Shown here: piece after piece, positions 38,741-47,836 of the stretch | How the letters are laid out: every line of letters begins with the position of its first letter | How positions within the stretch are numbered: the stretch's first letter is position 1 | Source: a virus | Taxonomy: Duplodnaviria; Caudoviricetes | Strand: one strand, 5' to 3' | DNA length: 64,000 nt | Virus record (IMG/VR): IMGVR_UViG_3300005683_000068 | Location: 1-64,000 of that record | Made by a program: the position numbers and the translations under genes | The notes under the pieces: generated by a model | What the model was told of the DNA's origin: nothing | What the model saw: the letters and a program-made list of their open reading frames with translations, nothing else | Databases searched by the model: none

Positions 38741-39667
38741 TCACTTCTTATTTGAATAAATTTCATAACATGACAAGATCAATCCGGGTCGCCCACAATC
38801 ATAAAAATGATCCCTCATTACTTGTCCAATGAAATATGCTCTGGCTGCTAGTTTGCCTCCACCAAGCACCACAGAGGACATATAGCCTAGCAGCATACGA
38901 CGGATTTGCTCTGGTTCATCATCTATAATTCTTAGCAAGTTCGCTATCACTGCCCATTTAGATTGTGGATTCAACATTGCCCGTGCCAAGTCGATCATAG
39001 GTTTCTTTGATCCACCAGCATGAACTACCTCTAACTGCTCATCCTCTGTCTCCAACAAAGACACCTGATTCAGAAACACAAGTGCCTTGCGTGCTGAGCC
39101 TGCCGCTGCTTCCACAATGGCATCTCGTACCGTCTCCAGGATTTTGATCTTCTCTTTCTGGCACACTTCTTGGAGTAACTGCTCCATGTGCTTTGGAGGT
39201 AATGCCTTTACCCGCACTTCATTACAACGGTTGACTACGGTTTCCTTCAACTTACCTGGATTGGTTGTGGCCAGCATGAAATACACATGACTAGGCGTAT
39301 CCTCGAGCATCTTCAACAGAGCATCTTGAGCATCCCCAGTCAACTGGTGTGCTTCATCTATCAACCAAATACGGCACAGTCCATTCATTGGAGATAGTTT
39401 CATCCTGCTCCGTATGTCCCGCACCGTGTTAATTCCATTGAAGTCAGCACAGTTGACCTCAAAGAAATCAGAATCCCCACATGACAATTTATGCTGAAGA
39501 ATTCTGGCTAGAGTTGTCTTGCCACAACCAGATGGGCCGGTAAACAACAACGCATGAGGGAATCGTTCTTTGTTCTTCAATAGCTTTTGGAGTGATGCTA
39601 CAGCAGCATCTTGTCCAACCACTTGCTTAAATAATTTGGGTCGGTACTTAAGATAAAACTCAGACAT
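38741..39667 (-). CDS. Clamp loader, DnaX (gamma/tau)-like AAA+
   Basis: KYRPKLFKQVVGQ, GPSGCGKTT, IDEAH, ALLKMLED, TVVNRC. Confidence 0.9.
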   Translation of the reverse strand: MSEFYLKYRPKLFKQVVGQDAAVASLQKLLKNKERFPHALLFTGPSGCGKTTLARILQHKLSCGDSDFFEVNCADFNGINTVRDIRSRMKLSPMNGLCRIWLIDEAHQLTGDAQDALLKMLEDTPSHVYFMLATTNPGKLKETVVNRCNEVRVKALPPKHMEQLLQEVCQKEKIKILETVRDAIVEAAAGSARKALVFLNQVSLLETEDEQLEVVHAGGSKKPMIDLARAMLNPQSKWAVIANLLRIIDDEPEQIRRMLLGYMSSVVLGGGKLAARAYFIGQVMRDHFYDCGRPGLILSCYEIYSNKK

Positions 39668-41043
39668 TATTTTGGGAACTCCACTTGTTTCTTGTCATAC
39701 CAAGAACCACCTTCTGGACAAACCTCGGCCTCAATCTCTAGTGGTACTATGATCCATTTCCATAGTTTAGGAACCACTACTGTTGTCACCTCCTTTACCA
39801 AGGACAAGTATTCATTTAGCTCATCTACTCTTACATCAGCCAAAATACTGTCATGGATTTGTCCAATCACCTTACTCCGCATCCTCAACTTTCGCATTCG
39901 TCTGAGCAGTATAATTAGACTCTTAAGCAACAAATGAAAGGATGATCCTTGATTGGCCATGTTGATTACTTGATTGCGTCGCATGATGCCACGCAACACA
40001 AATCCAGTAAGTGTTTTTACATAACCACATTCCAAATAGTTACTCCACACATCTCTACGCCACTTAGCATACACATGAAACTTGTTCCAGAATCGTTCCT
40101 CCACTTCTTTAATGTGTCGCTCGAATGTTCCCTTCTTTGGTATTTTATTAGGATCAAGATCACCTAATTCTTTAATGCCCCTCTTTGCTAAAACATCACC
40201 AATTGGAACACCATCATTTGTTTGCAGTCCCATATCTAATATCGCTTGCCACAACTCCGCAGCACAATCAACATAGTAACTACCATAGAACTCTGGGAAC
40301 ACAAACTTATTCTTCGCACAATATCTAGTATGTTTGTTTACCTGATCTACTGGCAAGCAATAGCACTCAGAAGCCATGTCACGATGCATATCCTTGGTTG
40401 GATCCTTGATATAATCTATCAACACCGGGTCTTTGCAATAGCAAGCTATACCACGTACCTCAATACCACCAAAGTCGTTTTCAACTAGAACACTGTTCTT
40501 TCTAGCTATCACGCAAGTTCTAATCGGCTTGCCCATCACAGGATCACGGACTGGGATGTTCTGCCAGTTAGGCAGCTCGCCACTAGAGCGATAGCTCGAC
40601 ACTGTGTTCAGATTAAACACTGGATGCAAAAAACCATTCGCATCTACTTCACGGCGAATGTTCTCAAGGTACGTTCCACGCATCTTTTGCTTCTTGGCCA
40701 GCAAGAAGTAGGTTTTTACAAACGAATGATCCACATGATTAAAGGCTTCTTCATCATTGTTTCCTTTAGTACGGTCGAATCCAAGTACATCAAACACAAT
40801 CGCTCCAAGCTGCCTGCGATTGCCCAAAACAGCCTTCTGTCCAAAACGCTTAGTCCATAGCTTCCATACTTTGTCATTGCGGAGTTCCTGTTCCAGTGTA
40901 AGGATTTCATTTTCAACATCCTTAATCGCTTTGTTGAGATACTTGGTATCTATCCTAATACCATTAGCCTCAATCTCTGCAAAAGCGATACTGCCTTCTC
41001 GCAGCAGATCATAGGCTTCTGGTGTCGCTGGAATCATTTTCAT
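39667..41043 (-). CDS. Family A DNA polymerase (polymerase domain only)
   Basis: Motif A DFGGIEVR, motif B RYCAKNKFVFPEFYG, motif C QIHDS. Confidence 0.9.
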   Translation of the reverse strand: MKMIPATPEAYDLLREGSIAFAEIEANGIRIDTKYLNKAIKDVENEILTLEQELRNDKVWKLWTKRFGQKAVLGNRRQLGAIVFDVLGFDRTKGNNDEEAFNHVDHSFVKTYFLLAKKQKMRGTYLENIRREVDANGFLHPVFNLNTVSSYRSSGELPNWQNIPVRDPVMGKPIRTCVIARKNSVLVENDFGGIEVRGIACYCKDPVLIDYIKDPTKDMHRDMASECYCLPVDQVNKHTRYCAKNKFVFPEFYGSYYVDCAAELWQAILDMGLQTNDGVPIGDVLAKRGIKELGDLDPNKIPKKGTFERHIKEVEERFWNKFHVYAKWRRDVWSNYLECGYVKTLTGFVLRGIMRRNQVINMANQGSSFHLLLKSLIILLRRMRKLRMRSKVIGQIHDSILADVRVDELNEYLSLVKEVTTVVVPKLWKWIIVPLEIEAEVCPEGGSWYDKKQVEFPK

Positions 41044-41064
41044 CGTAATTGAAATCCTGGATTC

Positions 41065-42285
41065 TTATTGATCTTGATTGCCCGTCGCTTTATAGAACAC
41101 CTTTTGCTTCTGATAAAGTTTGTACTCTAGCAATGAGTCAAGTCCATTGTAGAGTAGAAGTTCTTTCATATCACATTTATCAATGGTGTTTACTTTGGTG
41201 TTTCCTTTCGCTTTCAAGTAAGGTTTTATGTGTTGATCGTAGCTCTCGAATCCCAATCTCACAAACGATTGAAACTTCAGTCCAGTAATATCAGGTCTGT
41301 TATCTTCAATATGAGCAGCCAGTATAGTATCCCAATGCCAATTCCTTACTGGATGTCCAAGCACAGCCCTGGTCCAGCGTTCTTCAAACTTGAGATTGCT
41401 GGCTATTTTATTTAGTGGCCCACGCAGTAACTCACTCATTTGTTGGATCACCTCACCACGCCAAGGAAACGCCATTGTGTGCTTCCCATCAAAACACACT
41501 GAGCATGATACGATCCTCGCATAAAGATCATCTGGTTTGAGGCAATTGGTTTCATAGTCGAAGGCTAGATCAACCGCCCCTTTAGACCATTCCAGCAACA
41601 ACCTAGCGGCATGGTTGGGATCGTACTCAATATGTACCTTCGATTTCCAATCAGGTACTTTCTTCCAAGGACGACCGGATAGCTTAAAAGCCTCCTTGAG
41701 ATGATGAGTCATATACATCTCAGTCATGGGGTCCTTGCCACGTAGCAAGAACGCTGGATGATATGTAGGACAGATCCAAGCGTTGGGTTTCTGACAAGGG
41801 ATTTGCCAACCTACCCATCTACCTATAGCTCCTATGTCCTCCTTCCATATACCACCAATCAAAGATTTTACCGCTGTGCCTCCAAGCGGGATAATTATCT
41901 CCGGTTGAAGTTCTTGGATGGTGTTGAACAAATTGGGCCGGCAGTATTGGATCTCCTTGTCATCTGGAGTTCTGTTATCTTCTGGACGGCAAATAATAGC
42001 ATTGGTTAGCCAACAATCCCGCCTCATATTCACACCAAACCTAAGCAGCAAATCCATCAGGTATTGACCTGAGTTGCCCACCAATTGCTTACCTTGCTCA
42101 TCTTCATTTTTACCAGGAGCCTCTGCAACAATCAAAACCCTGCGTTCTCCTTTCCCTGTTGGTTTCATCTTAGGAGATATGCAATGTTTGTAGAGACCGC
42201 ACTTCCCACACAAAGGAGTTTTTGGCATCTCCTCTTCTTTGACCATATAACGTGATGAGAAAAAACCTTGCCTCATCCCAACCAT
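41065..42285 (-). CDS. Family-4 uracil-DNA glycosylase fused to DnaQ-like 3'-5' exonuclease (N-terminal part of split PolA)
   Basis: CxxC..., AEAPG.NED.QG..LVG.SG, TYHPA; exonuclease motifs DYET, NLKFE, YNGLD. Confidence 0.85.
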   Translation of the reverse strand: MVGMRQGFFSSRYMVKEEEMPKTPLCGKCGLYKHCISPKMKPTGKGERRVLIVAEAPGKNEDEQGKQLVGNSGQYLMDLLLRFGVNMRRDCWLTNAIICRPEDNRTPDDKEIQYCRPNLFNTIQELQPEIIIPLGGTAVKSLIGGIWKEDIGAIGRWVGWQIPCQKPNAWICPTYHPAFLLRGKDPMTEMYMTHHLKEAFKLSGRPWKKVPDWKSKVHIEYDPNHAARLLLEWSKGAVDLAFDYETNCLKPDDLYARIVSCSVCFDGKHTMAFPWRGEVIQQMSELLRGPLNKIASNLKFEERWTRAVLGHPVRNWHWDTILAAHIEDNRPDITGLKFQSFVRLGFESYDQHIKPYLKAKGNTKVNTIDKCDMKELLLYNGLDSLLEYKLYQKQKVFYKATGNQDQ

Positions 42286-42710
42286 TTGATAAGCTCCTGT
42301 TCACTCACCATGAAACAATCGCTGGCTGTCTGATCAAATCGAAGAATATAAACCCAACCAGACGCATCAACCCCTTTTATCTTAATGTTATTAGGACCCC
42401 ACTCCATGCCACAAATCACAGCAGAACAATCATCACAGACTTCATTTGAAACCCTGACAATTTGCCCTATGCTAAATTTAGCTGCTGGAGGTTTTGGTAT
42501 TCGTTTTAGCCATTCTGGCATCCTTCCTTCATTCGCTTTGAATGCCTTGATACTATCCAACAATTCCTTTTGCTCTCGTTTTGTTACTACAGTTTCATCT
42601 AATTCCTTCGCTCTCCTTCCACCAAGCATAGCCTTCCTTGTTAAAACATCCATAGAGATTTCTGACACGTCTTTACTCTTCTTCACTGGTTCCTTTTTCT
42701 TCTTGATCAT
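42273..42710 (-). CDS. Hypothetical protein with KOW/SH3-like (HspQ/YccV-like) C-domain
   Basis: AKFSIGQIVRV motif; AGGAG RBS before ATG 42710. Confidence 0.45.
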   Translation of the reverse strand: MIKKKKEPVKKSKDVSEISMDVLTRKAMLGGRRAKELDETVVTKREQKELLDSIKAFKANEGRMPEWLKRIPKPPAAKFSIGQIVRVSNEVCDDCSAVICGMEWGPNNIKIKGVDASGWVYILRFDQTASDCFMVSEQELIKWLG

Positions 42711-43725
42711 TGTCATTCTCCTTAGGGGTTTTTTCAAGACAAGCAATGTAAGTATAGTTTCCGCCATTCACCTTCAAACGATCCTTGGTAATCTCACACT
42801 CATGGTATCTTTTACATAGCTCACTAAGTAGCTTTGGCGATACCATGAACGACAGCGGTTCCCCTTTGTAGGCAAGTTTTTTAGATTCGCTGTACCAGCC
42901 TGACACACCGATGCCTTTGATCCGTAGCTTGCCAGGACGTAACTCTACTAACACTTGATTGGTTTCAGTGTTCTCAGAACTAAACACCTCTGCTTTCTCG
43001 GCTGCATCAGACAAACCTTTAGGCAGCACAGTAGAAGTGCCTTTTACCTTGAGCAGTTCAGTAAGATCAGGATACTGCTCAATATACTTGCGACAAGACA
43101 CAATCAAACCTGTCTTGTTCTTGAAGTGAATCCAAGATTCCGTCACACTAAACTCCTTCAAATCGAGCACAGTCAGGCATTTTATAGCATAACTTCTCAC
43201 CAAAATAGCTTCACTAACACCAACAACCATCTTGTATCTGCTCAATTGGAAGTTATCACAAGCCTCAATCCACTTTGGACTGATATTCACACAAGTTGCC
43301 CAAAACTGAGACTCGTCCTTACCAGCACATTCATGAACTAAGGACACAGCCTCAGTAAAACCTTCTGGAACCGGCTGCCAGTTTTTTGGCTTGTCCACAT
43401 TCTTAAGAGGCAGCAGAACATCCTTATCCATCCTAATCCCTGCTTGCCGACGTTTACCTACAATCACAAGCTCTGATTCATTGGGTATTAGCTCGATGCT
43501 TTCCTCAGCCAGTTTCTGCAAGATAGAAACCAATGGCTTTGCCTGTACAACACCAGTAAACTTCAGATTGGTTTTCTGACGGCACGACACCTCATCATTG
43601 TAAGTGATTAGATTTCCTTCCTGAAACACAAAACAACTTGATTGTTCTATCACCTCACGGGAAGACAATCCCGGAGCAACAGCATCAAGTTGTTCCAACA
43701 GTTCTTGTCTATTAACTACAATCAT
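42673..43725 (-). CDS. Sliding clamp (DnaN/beta-like)
   Basis: About 330-aa three-domain pattern (VNRQELLEQLDAV...ITYNDEV...IEACDNFQL); next to DnaX and PolA. Confidence 0.75.
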   Translation of the reverse strand: MIVVNRQELLEQLDAVAPGLSSREVIEQSSCFVFQEGNLITYNDEVSCRQKTNLKFTGVVQAKPLVSILQKLAEESIELIPNESELVIVGKRRQAGIRMDKDVLLPLKNVDKPKNWQPVPEGFTEAVSLVHECAGKDESQFWATCVNISPKWIEACDNFQLSRYKMVVGVSEAILVRSYAIKCLTVLDLKEFSVTESWIHFKNKTGLIVSCRKYIEQYPDLTELLKVKGTSTVLPKGLSDAAEKAEVFSSENTETNQVLVELRPGKLRIKGIGVSGWYSESKKLAYKGEPLSFMVSPKLLSELCKRYHECEITKDRLKVNGGNYTYIACLEKTPKENDNDQEEKGTSEEE

Positions 43726-44657
43726 TCTTGATCCTTCCTAAAAACAAGGACGTTTTGATGACTACGAACAAGCTTCTTGTTCCCTCTATCAAAAATAGAA
43801 CTAGTTCTCAAACAAGCTGTTCCAACAGGGGTACAATACACGGCATCTGTATGATACACACAACCAGCTTCCTCAAAAGCACGAATGCTATCACCTACAA
43901 AGTCACGACACTTCTTAAACTTCCTATCATAAAAGGGGGCTACTACCCAAACAGCAAAGCCGCCCGGCTTCAATCGTCTCACAACCCGTTTAACAATAGC
44001 ACGATGCACCACTTCAAATTCTTCATATACCAATCTGGATATATCTCCATCCAATTTGGAATACACCTCTATGTTCCCATAAGGAGGGCATGAGAACAAC
44101 AAATCACACTCTGGAGCCTTCTTTGATGCCTTAAGGCTGTCACCAACTACCCATTCTGGCCTTGGAACGTCCAACTTAGGACAAGGGCCGTTCTCCCAAT
44201 TAGCCTCATTGGCTTTTATTTGATCTGGGCGAATATCAATGCCGTAGTAATTGAGATCCATCATGGATGCCACAATACCACGGACACTACCACCACAGAA
44301 AGGATCAAACACCATCCCTCCCTTCTCTGGCCCCCACCACCTATAGATGAGTTCACACAAGACTGGATCAAACACTGACACAAAGGAAATAGCAGTACGC
44401 CCATACTTCTCATTGAAGAAGTTATGAGTACGATCGTAGATGCGAGATTCCTTTGTATCACCACGTCCCTCATCACTCTTGATGTTAAGCCACTTCAACC
44501 AGCGGCGTTTGCATACAATCCAATCATAGTCCCTACCATTCAGAACAGAAAATGGCGGAACTCCATACCTCCCAACTAAAGCACCTCTAGCCGGAGGTAC
44601 ATATTCTGTGACCAGTCCCTTGCGAACTGTTTGTAGGTCCTTGTTCTTGCTTCGCAT
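43722..44657 (-). CDS. SAM-dependent DNA amino-methyltransferase-fold protein
   Basis: VFDPFCGGSVRG (motif I), YGIDIR, LFSCPPY, LKPGG. Confidence 0.8.
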   Translation of the reverse strand: MRSKNKDLQTVRKGLVTEYVPPARGALVGRYGVPPFSVLNGRDYDWIVCKRRWLKWLNIKSDEGRGDTKESRIYDRTHNFFNEKYGRTAISFVSVFDPVLCELIYRWWGPEKGGMVFDPFCGGSVRGIVASMMDLNYYGIDIRPDQIKANEANWENGPCPKLDVPRPEWVVGDSLKASKKAPECDLLFSCPPYGNIEVYSKLDGDISRLVYEEFEVVHRAIVKRVVRRLKPGGFAVWVVAPFYDRKFKKCRDFVGDSIRAFEEAGCVYHTDAVYCTPVGTACLRTSSIFDRGNKKLVRSHQNVLVFRKDQE

Positions 44658-44673
44658 GGTATTCCCCTATACC

Positions 44674-45456
44674 TTAATATCGTTTCCACTCACCACGACA
44701 CCCAGTCACCCACAAACAATCCCCGTCCTTTACAAAAGGCATGGCTTTCGCTGCATAAAACGGATCAAGAATATCACCATCAGGGAGCCTGATGTCTAAC
44801 ATGGGCTTCTCGTAAGGAATCCTCAACTTTACAAATTCAAGTCTTGGAACCTCCTTAACATACTTGAGTGCTGTCTCTATGATCTTCTCTTTACTTGCCA
44901 AGCTCGAAACAGCAACAGCAATCACCTTAACATCACTACCAGCCAATCCAACCAAAACACCAGCGGCCACCAATCCCGATCCAGTTGGGACTATCACTCT
45001 GCGAATATCACTTGGCAGATTGTTTGTTTGTACTGCGGTATCCAACACAGCTAGTTTTGGATTCCATCTAACACAACCCCCAAGTCCCCGAGCAAATTCT
45101 TTTGCTCTAGAACGATATACAGAAGGATATCCAGGGCGAACTTCATGAACCTCGGCCCCCATATCAATGGCCCATTGGGTTGATCTGGTACGCTTAGCAC
45201 GAGCAGGAACAAAAACAATACCCCTCGTGTTGCATCGCTTAGCAGCATCAGCCACATATACTTGTTGTGCTGAAGATGCTGAACAACCAACCACCATCGG
45301 TGTTCCTTTTGGACAGTCTTTTGCCATTGCAAGATACTGTCTCACCTTTGAACCGCTAGGCATATCAGCTGAGATGAAACATGCCTTGTCATCTCTCTTG
45401 GCATACCATCCATCAAAAACATCAACTCTGGTCAGCACATCAACCTTAGGTTTCAT
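44674..45456 (-). CDS. Fold-type II PLP-dependent enzyme (ACC deaminase/D-Cys desulfhydrase-like)
   Basis: KRDD...SGSKVRQ (PLP lysine), VPTGSG, LDPFYAAKA, WVTG. Confidence 0.8.
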   Translation of the reverse strand: MKPKVDVLTRVDVFDGWYAKRDDKACFISADMPSGSKVRQYLAMAKDCPKGTPMVVGCSASSAQQVYVADAAKRCNTRGIVFVPARAKRTRSTQWAIDMGAEVHEVRPGYPSVYRSRAKEFARGLGGCVRWNPKLAVLDTAVQTNNLPSDIRRVIVPTGSGLVAAGVLVGLAGSDVKVIAVAVSSLASKEKIIETALKYVKEVPRLEFVKLRIPYEKPMLDIRLPDGDILDPFYAAKAMPFVKDGDCLWVTGCRGEWKRY

Positions 45457-45531
45457 TGAAAGTTCTCCGAACGAAAAAACCCCCATAAGGATTTCTTATG
45501 GGGGTCTAAGAGGCACAATCATAACCGAAAA

Positions 45532-46299
45532 CTAGGCTTTCAACAAGTAGCCTCCGTCCTTGGCCTTCTTCACATGTCCAGCCTCGATCAACTTGTTCAT
45601 GTGATTGTAACAAGTGGTTTCCAAACCAGCCTTCTTGAGGATGTCCGTCATCTTGAAGGATTTGCCTTTGGAGCCCAACTTGACAACTGCCACATTGATA
45701 GCAGCCGCATTGGTCCCCTCACGAGCACCGAACTCATCACGCTCCACACTGCTCTCCTTCTTTGCCTTGGCTGGCTTCTTCTTAGATGCCTTGGCCGGCT
45801 TCTCATCCTCTTCTTCGTCTTCGTCCTCGTCCTTGGCCTTCTTGGATGCCTTGGCTGGCTTCTTCTTCTTGGCCGGCTTCTCATCCTCTTCTTCGTCTTC
45901 GTCAGCCTCGGCTTCCTCCTCTTCATCCTCCTCTTCGTCCTCGTCCTCGTCCTCATCCTCCTCTTCGTCCTCGTCCTCATCTTCGTCTTCGTCCTCATCT
46001 TCTGCCTTGGGCTTGCCCTTGCTCTTGGCAGCGGCCTTCTTAGCCTTCTTGGCTGGCTTCTCCTCTTCCTCTTCGTCATCCACTTCAATTTCCAATTCGT
46101 CAAGCAAGGACGGTGTCTTGGCCAGCTTACTCAGTAGTTTCTTGGCCTCCTCGTCTTCGATCTCGCTGATGGTCTCCTCGTCGATCTTGGGCAGGACAGC
46201 CTTCAGCTTGGCGATGCACCGCTCAGCCGTCATCTTCTCAGCGTCCTTGTAGCCGAGTTCGGTCAGGACGGACACAACCACGTTCTTCGCAGTCTTCAT
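45532..46299 (-). CDS. Acidic/Lys-Ala-rich protein with C-terminal winged-HTH-like domain
   Basis: GAGGAG RBS before ATG 46299; D/E tracts alternate with KPAKK repeats; GC3-rich codons; own promoter. Confidence 0.7.
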   Translation of the reverse strand: MKTAKNVVVSVLTELGYKDAEKMTAERCIAKLKAVLPKIDEETISEIEDEEAKKLLSKLAKTPSLLDELEIEVDDEEEEEKPAKKAKKAAAKSKGKPKAEDEDEDEDEDEDEEEDEDEDEDEEEDEEEEAEADEDEEEDEKPAKKKKPAKASKKAKDEDEDEEEDEKPAKASKKKPAKAKKESSVERDEFGAREGTNAAAINVAVVKLGSKGKSFKMTDILKKAGLETTCYNHMNKLIEAGHVKKAKDGGYLLKA

Positions 46300-46360
46300 A
46301 ACAAACTCCTCACAAAACAAAAGGAACAAAACTTGCGGATAACACATCCGCTAAGTGACT

Positions 46361-46389
46361 AACTTAATATCGTTCTAGAACTTTGTCAA
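46361..46389 (-). promoter_or_regulatory. Sigma70-type promoter
   Basis: TTGACA-17 bp-TAAGTT in an intergenic gap. Confidence 0.65.
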
Positions 46390-46429
46390 GAGGGTAGAAC
46401 TAAAAACATTTCCAGAAATTCCCTGGAAA

Positions 46430-47836
46430 TCACAGGATACTAACAATCGCCGGGTTCGCTATGGCCAAACAACCAGCAATGTGAACGCATTTTTCCATAT
46501 CGCAAACTTCGTTTCTTCGAACTATCCAATTCCAACGCATAATCCCAGCACGCCTCTCATCAACCGATGAATTCAAACCAATCATTCCAGTCACATGGGC
46601 CAGCTTACGCTTGTCCTCAGAGAAGTCCTCCATTCCTAAAAGATCCTTGTCCTTTTTGTAAGCAGCGGCCTTAGTTTGTGTAGCTGTAACAACCAAGCAA
46701 TGTAAATCAAGCGAAATGCGACGTAAGTATTCCCAAGTCTCATTTACCTGATCTCTAGACTCTGCCCGCTTTGTCATCGGGGCTAACAGATCAGCATAAT
46801 CAAGAATTATTACATCCGGGGTCCATTCTTCCTCATCGGCTGTTCTTTGCAACTCAGCCAATACACCCTCAGCACTAATTTCTCTAGCTGTGTAACAATG
46901 CAAATGAAGATAATCCCTACCCCGAACCCTGGCCACCTTCATAAACCTCTCAACAGCCAAATCCCACCTAAGAGGTTTGGTGTTACGATCCCTATAACCA
47001 GTTACAATCGCACTTCTTCCTTCCAAATCAATTCCTTTGGGAATTGAAAAACTACCACCTCTTAATGGACGCTGACAAGCCCTTGCTGCAAATCTTCTAA
47101 TCGTTGCTTCTTGCCCCAAATCTCCTAGTTCAAAATAAGCCACTCTACGCTTCTGAAGCAAGGCCCGCCAAGCCAAATCAAGCAACACAAAACTCTTGCC
47201 TCTTTTTTCAGGTCCTAAAAAGGAAATGAAACTCTCAGATCGAAAATCCTCCCCCAAATACAAACCAAGATCACCAGGATACTCCACAAGCGGCGGCTCA
47301 AATGATTTCTCAAAGGCGTTTCTAACAGCATCTTGATCATCAAGTAAATTGATGTACTGCCCTTTTCCAAGTCTAATGGGTTTGTGCTTCTTATGCAATT
47401 CTAAGGCTTCATCGATCTTCTCTGCATCAACCAAATCCATCATTTCATTGCTGATGTTCCTAAACGCCACAGCATTAAACAACCTGCCAGCAACATCAAC
47501 AAGATACTCGCTACTAACTTCCAACCCGTGCTCATACTCACTGGACAGGTCCTCAAGAAACCCCTCCACATAATCTAAGGTTTCCTTATCTTTCGTTCTT
47601 TCAGCCCAATCATCAAACATCGCCTGGATAGCTCTTTTTGGTGCTTGATCATTCTGATTGCAGTATTGAATGCACCATTTGGCAATGGTGTTCGCCCATT
47701 TGTTCGCAAACAAACCTGTAGGAATCCATTTTGATTTAACCAATCTAAGAAACTTTGTATCAACAATCATACCAATCAACACAAGACGTTCCTTTGAACC
47801 ACGCTTACTATGATCTGTTCGCTTCATACTTCTCAA
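46430..47836 (-). CDS. Replicative helicase (DnaB/SF4)
   Basis: GPEKRGKS, FELGD, ILDYAD, VTATQ, FSEDKRK. Confidence 0.85.
   Translation of the reverse strand: MRSMKRTDHSKRGSKERLVLIGMIVDTKFLRLVKSKWIPTGLFANKWANTIAKWCIQYCNQNDQAPKRAIQAMFDDWAERTKDKETLDYVEGFLEDLSSEYEHGLEVSSEYLVDVAGRLFNAVAFRNISNEMMDLVDAEKIDEALELHKKHKPIRLGKGQYINLLDDQDAVRNAFEKSFEPPLVEYPGDLGLYLGEDFRSESFISFLGPEKRGKSFVLLDLAWRALLQKRRVAYFELGDLGQEATIRRFAARACQRPLRGGSFSIPKGIDLEGRSAIVTGYRDRNTKPLRWDLAVERFMKVARVRGRDYLHLHCYTAREISAEGVLAELQRTADEEEWTPDVIILDYADLLAPMTKRAESRDQVNETWEYLRRISLDLHCLVVTATQTKAAAYKKDKDLLGMEDFSEDKRKLAHVTGMIGLNSSVDERRAGIMRWNWIVRRNEVCDMEKCVHIAGCLAIANPAIVSIL

Noticed and set aside
41044-41064. Intron or intein in the polymerase
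   Set aside because: The gap is only 21 nt, with no intron core or intein motifs; kept only as a weak readthrough note.
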